A DNA stretch of 64,000 bases from the NCBI GenBank assembly GCA_002633005.1, contig NMRA01000812.1, forward strand, positions 70,945 through 134,944, written 5' to 3'. Source of the stretch: Phoronis australis (Eukaryota > Animalia > Phoronida). Positions 1-12,473 of this stretch are shown here, piece by piece; the first letter of the stretch is position 1, and each line of letters starts with the position of its first letter. A model generated the notes under the pieces. The model saw only the letters and a program-made list of their open reading frames with translations, was not told the origin of the DNA and made no database searches. The translations under genes were made by a program, and so were the position numbers.

Positions 1-2173
1 CTTTCATATTTTATCAAGTTATAGAACACCTGTTTTCTTGTAAAATATTTACTGTCTTCTTAGTAAATGAAAACTTGTCTGTGCATGTTTCACTGCTAAC
101 CAATAAATGTATAGGTAATTTAAACGTTTGATTGGGATTCTTTGATGAATGAACTTAACCTCCACACAGAAAATTGAGGGCATAGTAATTCTTCAACTTC
201 AATTATGTCACACAACTTTTTCAGGTAAAGTTCATTTCGTTTATGGGCCTACAAAGCATTCTGGGCTTAGAAAAATCAGTTATCTTTACAGTGATGTATA
301 TAAATTGGCAAATGCATTGAGATAATTCCTTGAGGCGCATTTTAAACTGGATTGATAACCCGAAAAAAAGTGGGAGACATTAAATATTAATCCAAAATCG
401 ATGGAATATCACTAATGTTGGGGTCTGTAATAAAGCAGTGTTTAAATAAACACTCATGCAACCCATATATACATAAAGAGTAGACCCCTATGCCTTTGCT
501 TTATGAAGAAAAAAAGAAGCGTCAGTTCCAGTCTTTCTGGTGCGAGCCTGAATAAATCACATTTCGGGTACNGTCAGTTCCAGTCTTTCTGGTGCGAGCC
601 AGAATAAATCACATTTCGGGTACGTTGAAATGTATTCAGTTTGGCGTTGTAAGTGATTTACATCAGACCCGTGGGCTGACTGAAGGAGACGTCTCTCGCA
701 AAATAACTATGAAAAAGAAATCTCCTTTAATGGATATTAGACCCGTGATCAACCAAGTCTTATAAGCAGTTTTACATAAACGTTTAACTAAAAATAGGAT
801 ACTATATTCTCAAGTTTTGCGAAAGTTACACGGGCCTTCAATTTCTTTGGTCAAGAAATAATTTTATTCGACAATTTTAGTCTGCGAATTGTCAAGACAT
901 TTTTGATAGGCCTACAAATTGATAACTTTGTTTTGTTATATGATTTGATAGGCATCTTAATTATTTCAATCCACGCAGGATTCTCGTTCGTCTTGTTCCC
1001 GCATGCAGTAAGTAATTCCTACTGCATAAATATTTGTAAGTTCCTCGATATACTACACTATCATTACAGACTTTAAAAGCAGTATTGTTCGTCAAGGATT
1101 GAACTTAGGCTTCACTTCGGAGCNTTGTTCCCGCATGCAGTAAGTAATTCCTACTGCATAAATATTTGTAAGTTCCTTGATATACTACACTATCATTACA
1201 GACTTTAAAAGCAGTATTGTTCGTCAAGGATTGAACTTAAGCTTCACTTCGGAGCGATCCATGCGCTCAGGGCACATTCAAACATTTTTAATCTGAAATG
1301 TCCTTGGCGAATTGTTTACTGAGCAAGAAAGAATAAATACAATTAGTACAAATTTTACCCACTGTAGCTGTCATGGGCCTTTTTCCTACGGCGTGTGATT
1401 TTGTGAAATGGTCTTAGAGTTGATCACGATTAAAAGCGAAACAATGAAGTATGTTGGGTTGGAATTGACTCGTCAACGTGTGTCCTAAGTACCTGTACCA
1501 CAAACAACTCTCACTGAAATCTTTACTTCCAAGGCCTATCAATAAATTTGGGCAGAAATTTAATCAATTAAAACGCGCAGTGTCAAAATTAGTTGACCTA
1601 AGAAAAGCTAGCAACGATGCTTGTAAGTCTTTGTATATGTTCAGTTTTAAAGTTATCTATTATTAAGTGGAGCCAACATTATGCAGCCATCTATTCATTT
1701 CTTCATGGATTAGTTCTTACTTCATTACATTCATGTTTCCTTTCCTTGCTTCCTATAGATTTGAGTTGACTTGATAGATCCTCTGTTATGTTAAATGTCT
1801 ACAGGAGTTAGTGAGAGTGATAACCTATTGTATTCTCATACTTGTAGGGGCTTAAATTCTTAATCCTATAGTCACCAGCCTCTATTGTTAAGTCTTGACT
1901 TGATTCACAAACAACACAGCCTAAGCTTCTCACTCACTGATTAGTTTTGTATTTGGCGAACATTCATGGACTAAGTTCACTTGCAATATCTTTATACTAT
2001 CCACGGCTTGGAATTTTCCTCCTTTAAGGTGATTTCCTCTTTTTTGTCATTCAGATCAGTTTCACAACATCGCACCAGTCTATGTCTTAGTGGAGTGATG
2101 CATCACCTGGGAAATTTTCCTCTTTTTTGTCATTGGTGATTGCAAGTCCTAGTAATTATCACGCCAGAAGCTT
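1..2173. mobile_element. Partial copy of the body of the large satellite-bearing interspersed element
   Basis: Near-identical to ~2620-4596 and ~18075-20060; ends at the single n at 2174. Confidence 0.75.
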
Positions 2174-2174
2174 N

Positions 2175-5100
2175 GCGATTTTGTTTTGAGTATGTACTAA
2201 AATTTTTTGAATTTCATTATCGGCCTCAGTGATGTTAGTTTTTTGGCTCTTAAAGGTAACTAAGCTAATGACCATGTGTTTTTGTCTTCAAGATTTTCAT
2301 TAGACATGATGAATATGTACTTTACCAACTTTTGCTGAAGTGCTGCAGCAATTGTAGATTTTGAAGGCGATTTTGGTTTGAGAATGAAGAAAAATTTGTG
2401 CGAATTCCATTATTGGCCCCAGTCAGGCTAGCTTTTTACTTCTCATAGTTAACCAAGTTAAAGACCATGCGTTTTTATCTTCAAGACTTTGATTAGATAT
2501 GGTGAATATGTATTGTTCCAAGTTTCGTAGATGTGCTATAAAATTGGAAGATTTTGAAATCGATTTTGGTCTAAGTTTGTAGAAAAATTCTGTGACTCCT
2601 GTGCTAGGTTTTTGGCTTGCATATTTTATCAAGTTATAGAACACCTGTTTTCTTGTAAAATATTTTCTTAGTAAATGAAAACTTGTCTGTGCATGTTTCA
2701 CTGCCAACCAATAAATGTATATTAAACGTTTGACTGGGATTCTTTGATGAATGAACTTAACCTCCACACAGAAAATTGAGGGCATAGTAATTCTTCAACT
2801 TCAATTATGTCACACAACATTTTCAGGTAAGGTTCATTTCGTTTATGGGCCTACAAAGAATTCTGGGCTTAGAAAAATCAGTTATCTTTACAGTGATGTA
2901 TATAAATTGGCAAATGCATTGAGATAATTCCTTGAGGTGCATGTTTAAACTGGATTGATAACCCGAAAATAAGTGGGAGACATTAAATATTAAACCAAAA
3001 TCGATGGAATATCACTAATGTTGGGGCCTGTAATAAAGCAGTGTTTAAATAAACACTCATGCACACCCATATATACATAAAGAGTAGATCCCTATGGCTT
3101 TGCTTTATGAAGAAAAAAAGAAGCGTCAGTTCCAGTCTTTCTGGTGCCAGCCAGAATAAATCACATTTCGGGTACGTTGAATTATATTCAGTTTGGCGTT
3201 ATAAGTGATTTACATCAGACCCGTGGGCTGACAATTTTCCGTCAGGAGACGTCTCTCGCAAAATAACTATGAAAAAGAAATCTCCTTTATTTGATATTAG
3301 ACCCGTGATCAACCAAGTCTTATAAACAGTTTTACATAAACGTTTAACTAAAAATAGGATACTAAATTCTCAAGTTTTGCGAAAGTTACACGGGCCTTCA
3401 ATTTCTTTGGTCAAGAAATAATTTCATTCGACATTTTTAGTCTGCGAATTGTCAAGACATTTTTGATAGGCCTACAAATTGATAACTTTGTTTTGTTATA
3501 TGATTTGATAGGCATCTTATTTCAATCCACGCAGGATTCTCGTTCGTCTTGTTCCCGCATGCAGTAAGTAATTCCTACTGCATAAATATTTGTAAGTTCC
3601 TTGATATACTACACTATCATTACAGACTTTAAAAGCAGTATTGTTCGTCAAGGATTGAACTTAAGCTTCACTTCGGAGCGATCCATGCGCTCAGGGCACA
3701 TTCAAACATTTTTAATCTGAAATGTCCTTGGCGAATTGTTTACTGAGCAAGAAAGAATAAATACAATTAGTACAAATTTTACCCACTGTAGCTGTCATGG
3801 GCCTTTTTCCTACGGCGTGTGATTTTGTGAAATGGTCTTAGAGTTGATCACGATTAAAAGCGAAACAATGAAGTATGTTGGGTTGGAATTGACTCGTCAA
3901 CGTGTGTCCTAAGTACCTGTACCACAAACAACTCTCACTGAAATCTTTACTTCCAAGGCCTATCAATAAATTTGGGCAGAAATTTAATCAATTAAAACGC
4001 GCAGTGTCAAAATTAGTTGACCTAAGAAAAGCTAGCAAGGATGCTTGTAAGTCTTTGTATATGTTCAGTTTTAAAGTTATCTATTATTAAGTGGAGCCAA
4101 CATTATGCAGCCATCTATTCATTTCTTCATGGATTAGTTCTTACTTCATTACATTCATGTTTCCTTTCCTTGCTTCCTATAGATTTGAGTTGACTTGATA
4201 GATCCTCTGTTATGTTAAATGTCTACAGGAGTTAGTGAGAGTGATAACCTATTGTATTCTCATACTTGTAGGGGCTTAAATTCTTAATCCTATAGTCACC
4301 AGCCTCTATTGTTAAGTCTTGACTTGATTCACAAACAACACAGCCTAAGCTTCTCACTCACTGATTAGTTTTGTATTTGGCGAACATTCATGGACTAAGT
4401 TCACTTGCAATATCTTTATACTATCCACGGCTTGGAATTTTCCTCCTTTAAGGTGATTTCCTCTTTTTTGTCATTCAGATCAGTTTCACAACATCGCACC
4501 AGTCTATGTCTTAGTGGAGTGATGCATCACCTGGGAAATTTTCCTCTTTTTTGTCATTGGTGATTGCAAGTCCTAGTAATTATCACGCCAGAAGCTTTTA
4601 AAACACGAATATGTTTTTCTCTCTGAAGCACCTCGGGTTTTTTAATTCATAAGAAAACCCACAAAACTTAAATAATTCTGAATGGAGTCTGTACTGAAAT
4701 GAATTTTGAAAATGAACCTAGCACTGGGCTGTCTGTCAGTAGATACTTAGCGATATTAAAACCTGCCAATACTTTCTGAGAATAACAGCCTGCCATGTCA
4801 TTGAGCGAAACTACAACCCGGAAAACTGCCTTTCTCCTCCGTTAGCTGTGCTGTATAGGTCAGCTGAGTGAGCGGTATGCAGTACACAATAGAGGTACAG
4901 TATTAATAGCACCTAACCCACAACGAAGCAGTGACTCGGGGAAAAAGCCAGATGCACGTTGACCTTTGTCCAGTGCATGCCCACGTGCCTGTCAAGGCGT
5001 ATTCAATTTTCGGATATTCTTGAGATACGATAGAGAATGTCATGAATTGACGAAATAATCATAAACAGTGAAAATAACTTGCATGTACTTATCTTTTCAT

Positions 5101-6612
5101 TGTTTCATACCCGCAATGCCTTCAAAAAAAGTCTTCAACTCTCTTTACAAACGACTCTGAGGATCAATGATCTTAATTCAGTGTACAAACTACTGTAGAC
5201 GCACACAAAACGACATTATCCGCCCTCATGTGAACGACTGCCTCCACAGAACGGCCGGGCTCGTACATATGTATGTTAGTACACAATTTTCCCTTAGATA
5301 TACATAATGGTTAATTACTAATGGCAGGTGACTGACCAATTCTAAGTGCACTCTAATTATAACAAGTCCGCTATGAAATCCTCAGTCGGTTATAATATTT
5401 TTCGACACATCTCAATGGCCGGTACTTGTATTATTGCCAGCACGAAACTATATCAGTAACTGACGAACGAACCATTCTTTGTGGTACGAAATTAAAACAG
5501 TTTTTTTGTGTTTTGACCAGCGTACGTGAAATTATTAGTATATTCCGTCAGTGGCTGTATTGCACCTAACTGCTAGACCCAACACAAAACACGATCGTTC
5601 AGCTAAGGAAAGCAAGACGGAGACATTCTTTCAGATCACACGGACCAGTCACGGCCTGTATTGATCGCGTTGGCTTAGCTCCTTTGTGCGAAGATTGCCT
5701 CAGGGCTCATTGCTGAACCACCAATTGTACCTCGCCATTGTGCGCAAGTAAAAATAAAATCACAACGCGGCCGCATATTGATGGTACTTTCACTAGTTGC
5801 AACTTATACGGCGAAATCTGATAAGCAGTTGTTGTGTAACCCGGGGTAGTCTAGTTTAATATGGTGTCAAAAGGCAAAATGAACACACAACAGTAAGCTA
5901 TAAACGAGGCATAATTTATCAATGGCCCCATGGACTACTGCAAGGGGCCACGTACTGCATTGTAAAATTGTGGGGATACTCCAGTTTTTAAAAGATTCTG
6001 AGTCACTTCCATTCAGTAGCGTCAAGACGTGATTTATTTGTCGCTCGTCCACAATATGTTAAATAACCATCACCTCTACACCACTGGATCGAATGAAATC
6101 CGCACAGCTAATATTGATACCACGAACTCCGAAGAGAATCACGTGGCATTCATACCACTTGCAGTCTTTTCCTCCCCCTTCGCCATTACGAATTGTATGG
6201 TGCCGTAGTCATGCCACTCCTTCAACCTTTCGCCATCAATTTTGCGACCGTTCCCGTCGTCAAATGCCAAGTCCAATTTAATTCCTCCCCCGAAAATCCT
6301 AGCACTCAATTTAATTAAGAAACATATTCGACACAAAAGCACAACCTTGACAAAAACCTGCGAGGAAATCAAGCCATGAGTGCAGGTTCAGCGGTTAGTG
6401 GTAGCATATGCAGGGGTAAGCCCCCGGACATTTAATGACTCAATAACCGCAGTCCAACCGAGTCCAACCTAGGCCAGTCTTAGGTTGAGTCACAACCCAA
6501 CCGAGTTCAGAACGCGTCCGGGCGAAGCCTGACCTCACTCCGGTTGAAGGTCACCCGAGGCCTGACTAAGGCTGAAGTGCGTTCGACGGGAAGCTGGATT
6601 CGATCAGCACTG
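2175..6612. mobile_element. Satellite-bearing large element: ~193-bp monomers plus ~4 kb body, right end ...CGATCAGCACTG followed by TA
   Basis: Colinear and highly similar to ~17.6-22.63 kb; homology stops exactly after CACTG-TA and the two copies have different downstream flanks. Confidence 0.72.
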
Positions 6613-7094
6613 TAATACCAAGAATTTCTGTTATTATGCCCTGTGCATGCAATCTAGAAGTCAGCCTCTTTGTCTGGTACAGGGAGTGATATCGTATGTC
6701 CTGTCAAGTAGCTTAGTGGAGGTTAAGGTATGTCACGTTCATCTTGGCTTAAAACAACTTTATTTTAAAGTCAGTGTAAATTGTGGCATTTTAGTACAAT
6801 TTACAATACATGCCCATAGCCAGAATAAGAAAATGTAGAAAATTTCAAACAACAAATACAAATTGATGCAAATCTGAAGAGTTTTCTTCAACAACTTGTA
6901 CTTCAGATAAACATAGCATCTCTTTTGAGAAAGTTCTCTCTGTGGTCTATGTTTGCTAAACAGTGAACCAATGCATGAGCAGGTAATACATGAATACAAT
7001 GCTACCTTGAAGGAGAGACATTTAAAGTTATTTTTTGTTTTATTTTTTTAAGTTGTTACTGCTACTTAAGGTGTAACCAGCCAAAATTCTACTA

Positions 7095-7269
7095 CAGTCA
7101 AACATTGTTAGAATGAGCCCGTTTTTAACATTTGCTCACTCATAACATTCTTTTCCGTAAGTCCTAAGACAGCCATACCACTTGGAAATTACTTTGGTTA
7201 AATTTAACTTCCGATACAACGGGTTTTTTCAAAAGTCTTGAGAGGTTTTGTTATAACATGATTTTACTG
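7095..7269. mobile_element. Degenerate pogo/Tigger-like MITE
   Basis: TA|CAGTCAAAC...ATTTTACTG ends; the right TA is not preserved. Confidence 0.45.
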
Positions 7270-8669
7270 TGTGTAAGTGCTTCACGGTATATTGTTGACC
7301 TTTCTCTAGATGTAAGGGAATGTACAAGTCAGGTGGTAGGAGTGTGCCTTCTACAGCTTTAATTTATAGATGCTTCTTTTGACTTCCTACTTTGAGAGAT
7401 GCTTAATGTTCTCTAGCTTATCCGTCACTGGTGTGTGACTGCGCAAGCATTCTGGGGACTAATTATTCATTGGTGAATGTACATGCTCAAAAACTTTGAA
7501 AATCTATAAGAAATGAAAAAATATTCAATGCATGGTAAAAAATTCTCCAGTTTGGGACAATGAACTTTTAAATGATTTCTGCACAGTTTCAGAGGTTGTA
7601 CCGTACAAAATTTTGAAAGTAGGCAATAAAGGGTTTTACCATTATGTTGTTGAACAGCTGATTCTACTTTCACTCTGTGTTCACACAAAATGCATTGCGA
7701 AATTTAATATAAATATGATGGACAACACCAAAATAAATCATTGTCTCTAACCATGAAAATTCAACTTTGGCTGGTCGTATTTTAGTGGCTGCCCCAAACT
7801 GGAGAATATACATATATAGACTAAAAGTGGGTGTACCCTCAAGAAGAGGTCTCATTGCCGCACTCTCACTGCTTGTGATCCTTTTTTTAGTGCCCGTGCC
7901 TGCACACATACACACTGGGATTGGAAATCAGCTTTTCCTATAACATTGTTGTCTACAGCATCCACTTTTGTTTGTTTAAATATCAAAATAACTTTTGTGG
8001 AAACTGGTGGTATATATTGTAGTGTACTTAAGTATGCCCGTTTTGATCATACTGCATTCGGATAAAATTACGGTTCCATGATGAGATGCTGAACAAATAA
8101 TTGCAGTTGACATGCTTAAAAAAATGACATCTAGCTCTGAGGAATATGCACATTTTTGGAAATTGCCATTTTGTCATGATTATTGCCTGTTATAATTAAA
8201 TATGCAGCTGTTGTTTACAGAGGGTACATTATGTAGTCATAAAGAAACTGTTATTATTTAAAAAATGAAACTGTTATTATTTAATTAGGATTGAAGTGTG
8301 AAAATTTTCCAGGTATTTGACCGTCTTTCTGCTGTTGGTATAATTCTTAATGTATCACTATGCTAATTTGGTGCCAGGCATTTAACAATAATAAAGTGTT
8401 TCTGTTAACAATTGTTTCTGCTCAGGCAAGTTGAATTTTAAAATTTTGCAGATCTGATGCTCTATGTTTCTTATCCTTGTCATCCCTGATTTTGTGGATT
8501 TTGTTAAATGGCTTTCAGATTCGGTATTGAAAAAATTGACGATCAATTGTTGGCTGTGTTAGAGTTCGTGAGGCTCGATTTTAGCAAGTCCGATTGTTAT
8601 CACCTAGCTCCTGCTTGCCCCCTTGCCAAACCAGATCAAGGCTAAGTTGGCCATTGTGATCGACTAATA

Positions 8670-8955
8670 GCAGGGGCGGGTCCAGGATTTTGAGTTAGGC
8701 GGGGCCAGGGGATAACCAGAATTTCGGCAGATGCGCGCGCCCAGCCTAAAATGTGGGGATGCAGGGGTCTCGAATTTTGGGTATGAGGACCTGTTGACTA
8801 AAAAAAGAAAGGGGTATGCATTGCCTAATCACCCCCGAGGGCCCCTGGTTGCGCGCATGTGCAATTCGCATCAGAACTCCCAAATGGTATCTGGTAGAAT
8901 TTTAGAGGGGCCATGACCCCCTTGCCCCCCTCCCCCCCTAAATCGGCCGCCACTG
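8670..8955. mobile_element. GC-rich MITE-like element with CAG(G/T)GGCG ends; related ends at ~25903, ~26440-26481 and ~32680
   Basis: CAGGGGCGGGTCCAGGATTTTGAGTTAGG at 8671 is the reverse complement of ~26445-26481; right end ...GCCGCCACTG. Confidence 0.5.
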
Positions 8956-9149
8956 AGGAGCCAAGTGACCTCATGTGATTATGAAAACAAAGTTAGTGTT
9001 CACCAGTTCACCTTCTTCACCAAAAGAAAGAATTAGAGCTTCCCTATATATCTCTGTTGGGCCAGAATGGCATTCAGCGGGCTGATTACTAGACACACAG
9101 ACTTCTCAACTTAATTGTCCCCGGGCTGCAAGCAAGCCCGCCTAGATAG

Positions 9150-9326
9150 GCAGTACTTCCATCATCCCGTCAGCAATATACCGACCACATCGCCACCACT
9201 GGCACACACCTTTATACATCGGATTTGCTTCGGCTTAAGCCACTGTATCGGGGTTTTCTTGGTCTTATTCACTTCCACCACTGCCCGTTTTAACAAAATG
9301 CAACTACTTAAATCCGTTGTCGCCAT
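9150..9326 (-). pseudogene. Fragment of a RecQ-like SF2 helicase N-terminus (possibly from an AcademH-type transposon)
   Basis: ATG at 9326 reads MATTDLSS...LKPKQIRCIKVCASGGDVVGILLTG*WK: a Q-motif followed by a degenerate LPTGYGKS Walker A. Confidence 0.6.
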
Positions 9327-9339
9327 GCTTCGCTATTTG

Positions 9340-12300
9340 TAAACTGAAAGGGGTTTCCCAACTTTCAACCAATGGGAATGACTGAATGTTATGACCTCAG
9401 TTTCATTACTTTAACAAATGGGAGGCCATATTAAACAACATTCTACAGTGCTAACTTTCGTTTAGCACTGTGATAGAGTGTATAACTTTACCAAGAGTAC
9501 TTAAGTTTCTTTTTGACCATCTCACAATTTCCTTTTTAATATCAACTAACTTGCGATCAAAATTTAAATTACTCATTTCCTGGATGTCAGAAGAAAAGAC
9601 AATCCCGAGCATAGTAAACTGTAAGCTAGACCATTTTAAGTCCTTTTCAGAACAAACCCTTGAACTGCTTTGCCTCATAGAACCTATCCAGACACATAAG
9701 TTGTTTTTTTTCTAAATTTGGAGTTAGACCTGAATACTTCAAGAACTGGTCAAGTAGATCAAGAGATTTTTTAATGATCTTTCGGAGCCATCAAGGATGA
9801 TTAGCAGTGTCATCTGCATATTGGACTAGTTTAAATTCTTAAGATCCAATCTGGATACTTTTTATATTTTTGTTTTTCCTAAAGAGATTTCTCATAATCT
9901 CAGCACATAGTAGAAAAAGATAGGGAGATAAAGGGCCTCCTTGTTTGCACCCTCTACCCATTTCAAAAACTTGAGAAGTTTTTCCATATTGAATTACACA
10001 AGCCATAGCTCCCTCCTTAAGCCACTTTGTGATGTTTGAGCCAAAATTAAAAAAGATAGGGTTTTTTTGTAGAAATACCCAGGAAACAGAGTCGCACGCC
10101 TTCTCAAAATCAACCAGGACCAGTAATCCAGGGATATTCAATTGGTGAGTTGCACAAATAAGATCATAAATTAATTGAATATTTTCTCCAATGAATCTAC
10201 CAGCAATAAAACCTTTCTGGTTTTCCTGGACCAACCAATTTAAGACAGACTTAACAGGTTCAGCAATACAGGCTGAAATTAATTTATAATGTACATTGAG
10301 CAATGAAATTGGCCTCCAGTTTTGGAGTAGTTCCCTAGGTTTGTTAGCTTTTGGAATAATTTGGATCACACCTTGTTTTACAGCGGATAGTAGGGAATTC
10401 TGTAAAAACATACAATTAAAAGCTGTAACGAAATCAGGCCAGAAATATTTGTATAATTCCACTGTAAAACCATCAGGACCTAGGGTCTTATTATTTTTCA
10501 TCTTTTTGAGAACAAATAGAATTTTATCATAAGCAATATTTCCTTCCAATGAATCTCTATCTTCCAGTTTTGGTGAATCAGTGTTTTCTAAAATTGCATC
10601 TAAATCATATTGGGAAAAGTGGTCATCCTTCGAGGCATAAAGATTGGAGAAAAAAAATTTCATTTCTTCCAGAATTCCCTTTTGACTGCATATCAATGTA
10701 CCGTTGTCATCTATTAAACTTGAGATATCTTTAACCACAAAATTACGTTTTTCTAAATTACTAAAATATCTTGTTGGTTTTTCACCATTTTCTATCCACT
10801 GAGCGCGAGATCTCAATATTAAACCGTCAATGTTTTCCTTTCTAATTTCTTCGTACTCGGCCTGAAGAATTTTTAGCCAAACGCCAAAAAATTTGAGAAT
10901 CTATATTCTGAATGAACTGGTGGACAGTATTTCTTAATCTTTCTAAATGCAGTTTTCTGTTTTTCTTTTCTTTATTTTTGAAAGCACTACATGACAGAGT
11001 GAAGGATCTAATGTTTAGTAGGAACATGTTAAACAGTAAAGCTTCGTCAAATTGTCAGAAGCACCTACACTTTTGGTATCATGAATGATAATTTTTACTT
11101 GCTCCACATACTTTTTGTCCCGGAGTAGAGAATTATTAAATTTCAATGAGCCTCTGCCACGTTCAAAAGAGTGCAATTTTATTTTACTGAATGGTCAGTT
11201 CTGTAGCCTGGGTTTATTTCTACCCTGTTTAACAAAGATAATAACTCATGGGAAATTAGAAAAAAGTCAAGGCGTGATTTCTTGGCAGGGTTTTTCCTAC
11301 TCCATGTAAAAGAGGTACGGTCCAGAATGTAAACTCTCCAAGGGTCAACCAAATTAAATGTTTGCATAAATTTAAAACCGCTCTTCTAACCTGAGGATGG
11401 TTCAGACTGAGATAACCAAAACAGTAACAGTCTTAATCTTGGACCAAATTCCAATCTCCACAAAGAACAATAAATTCGGAGTTGAACAGAGAGTTGCGAT
11501 CTGCTATGTTTTCAAAAAAAGTGGAGAATCTTGGTTAGGACCATATATGCAGGCTAGGGTAACTGTGATAACTTTTCCAACACTATTTCAATAATCAAAA
11601 GATTCTCTTTCTCGTCATTATAACTATATGTAATTTCATAATCAGAATTATTATTAATTAGGATAGTCACACCCCGCGCATCTCTTCTATCTGGACTCAC
11701 AAAAATGTCAAAGCCCCACTGGGCCCTAATCATATCATCGTCTGATTCTATGAAATGTGCATCTTGGAGACAATTAATATTATATTTTTCCCTTTTAGAT
11801 AATTAAAAACATCCTTACGTTTTTGAAAATTTCGTAAACCTCTGCAGTTTAAAGACATAATGTTAATCATCTTTGCGATACTAGGTAAATGTCAATGAAA
11901 AGACACGGATACGCAGATTCATAGACCTGTAAACAAAAACTGCAATATATGACTTCTGAGCTATGTGATAGACAGGTCTTATGAAGACAATACCTCCCCC
12001 TTCCCAGATATAGGTCAATTATTACATAGTTACAAAACTCTAAAAACACACATCCAAAAACCTTCCCTGCACTCATATATGTTGGTGTCACTATAACATG
12101 CACTCCAGAGTGTGGGAACTTACGCGCGCGCACCACTACAAAGTCGCACATCAAGAGAACAGCGACAGTCCTAAGTAAAAGAGTATACAAGTGTGACTCT
12201 GTACTAAGCTGTTGTTATAAAAGACCCAGTGCTTTGCAGCATTCCTCTGTTCCAATATTCCCCAAAACTGCGATGTCACATCTGGTCTGACATTTCCCAA
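9340..12300 (-). mobile_element. Decayed non-LTR retrotransposon, L1/Tx1 clade (APE endonuclease + reverse transcriptase ORF2)
   Basis: ORF2 starts MINIMSLNCRGLRN at 11870, then CLQD, RGVTILI, IYGPN, TWSRKNPAKKSRLDFFLIS, RSRAQWIENGEK, GPDGF, NWRPISLLN, GCKQGGPLSP and QYADD (~9810-9825). Many frameshifts; boundaries approximate. Confidence 0.92.
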
Positions 12301-12473
12301 CTGTCAGAATATACATTGATTAAGCAATTAGTAAGAATAGATCCATTTTAAGTTGCCCAAAGTTTGTGCATGGGGTCAGACTTGTTGACATGTACTTTAA
12401 CGTCAAAATTTATTTTAAGAAGGTGTTTACAACTTTGGGTTCTGGGGTCAAACTGCTTTAGAGATTCTAGAAC

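Noticed and set aside
1478-1666. 62-aa ORF repeated at 3902 and 19367
   Set aside because: GTG start, no recognisable domain; conservation reflects recent duplication of the element body.
5867-6372. Possible transposase remnant near the right end of the large element
   Set aside because: Coding-like, but stops occur in all frames in both copies and I could not recognise any motif.
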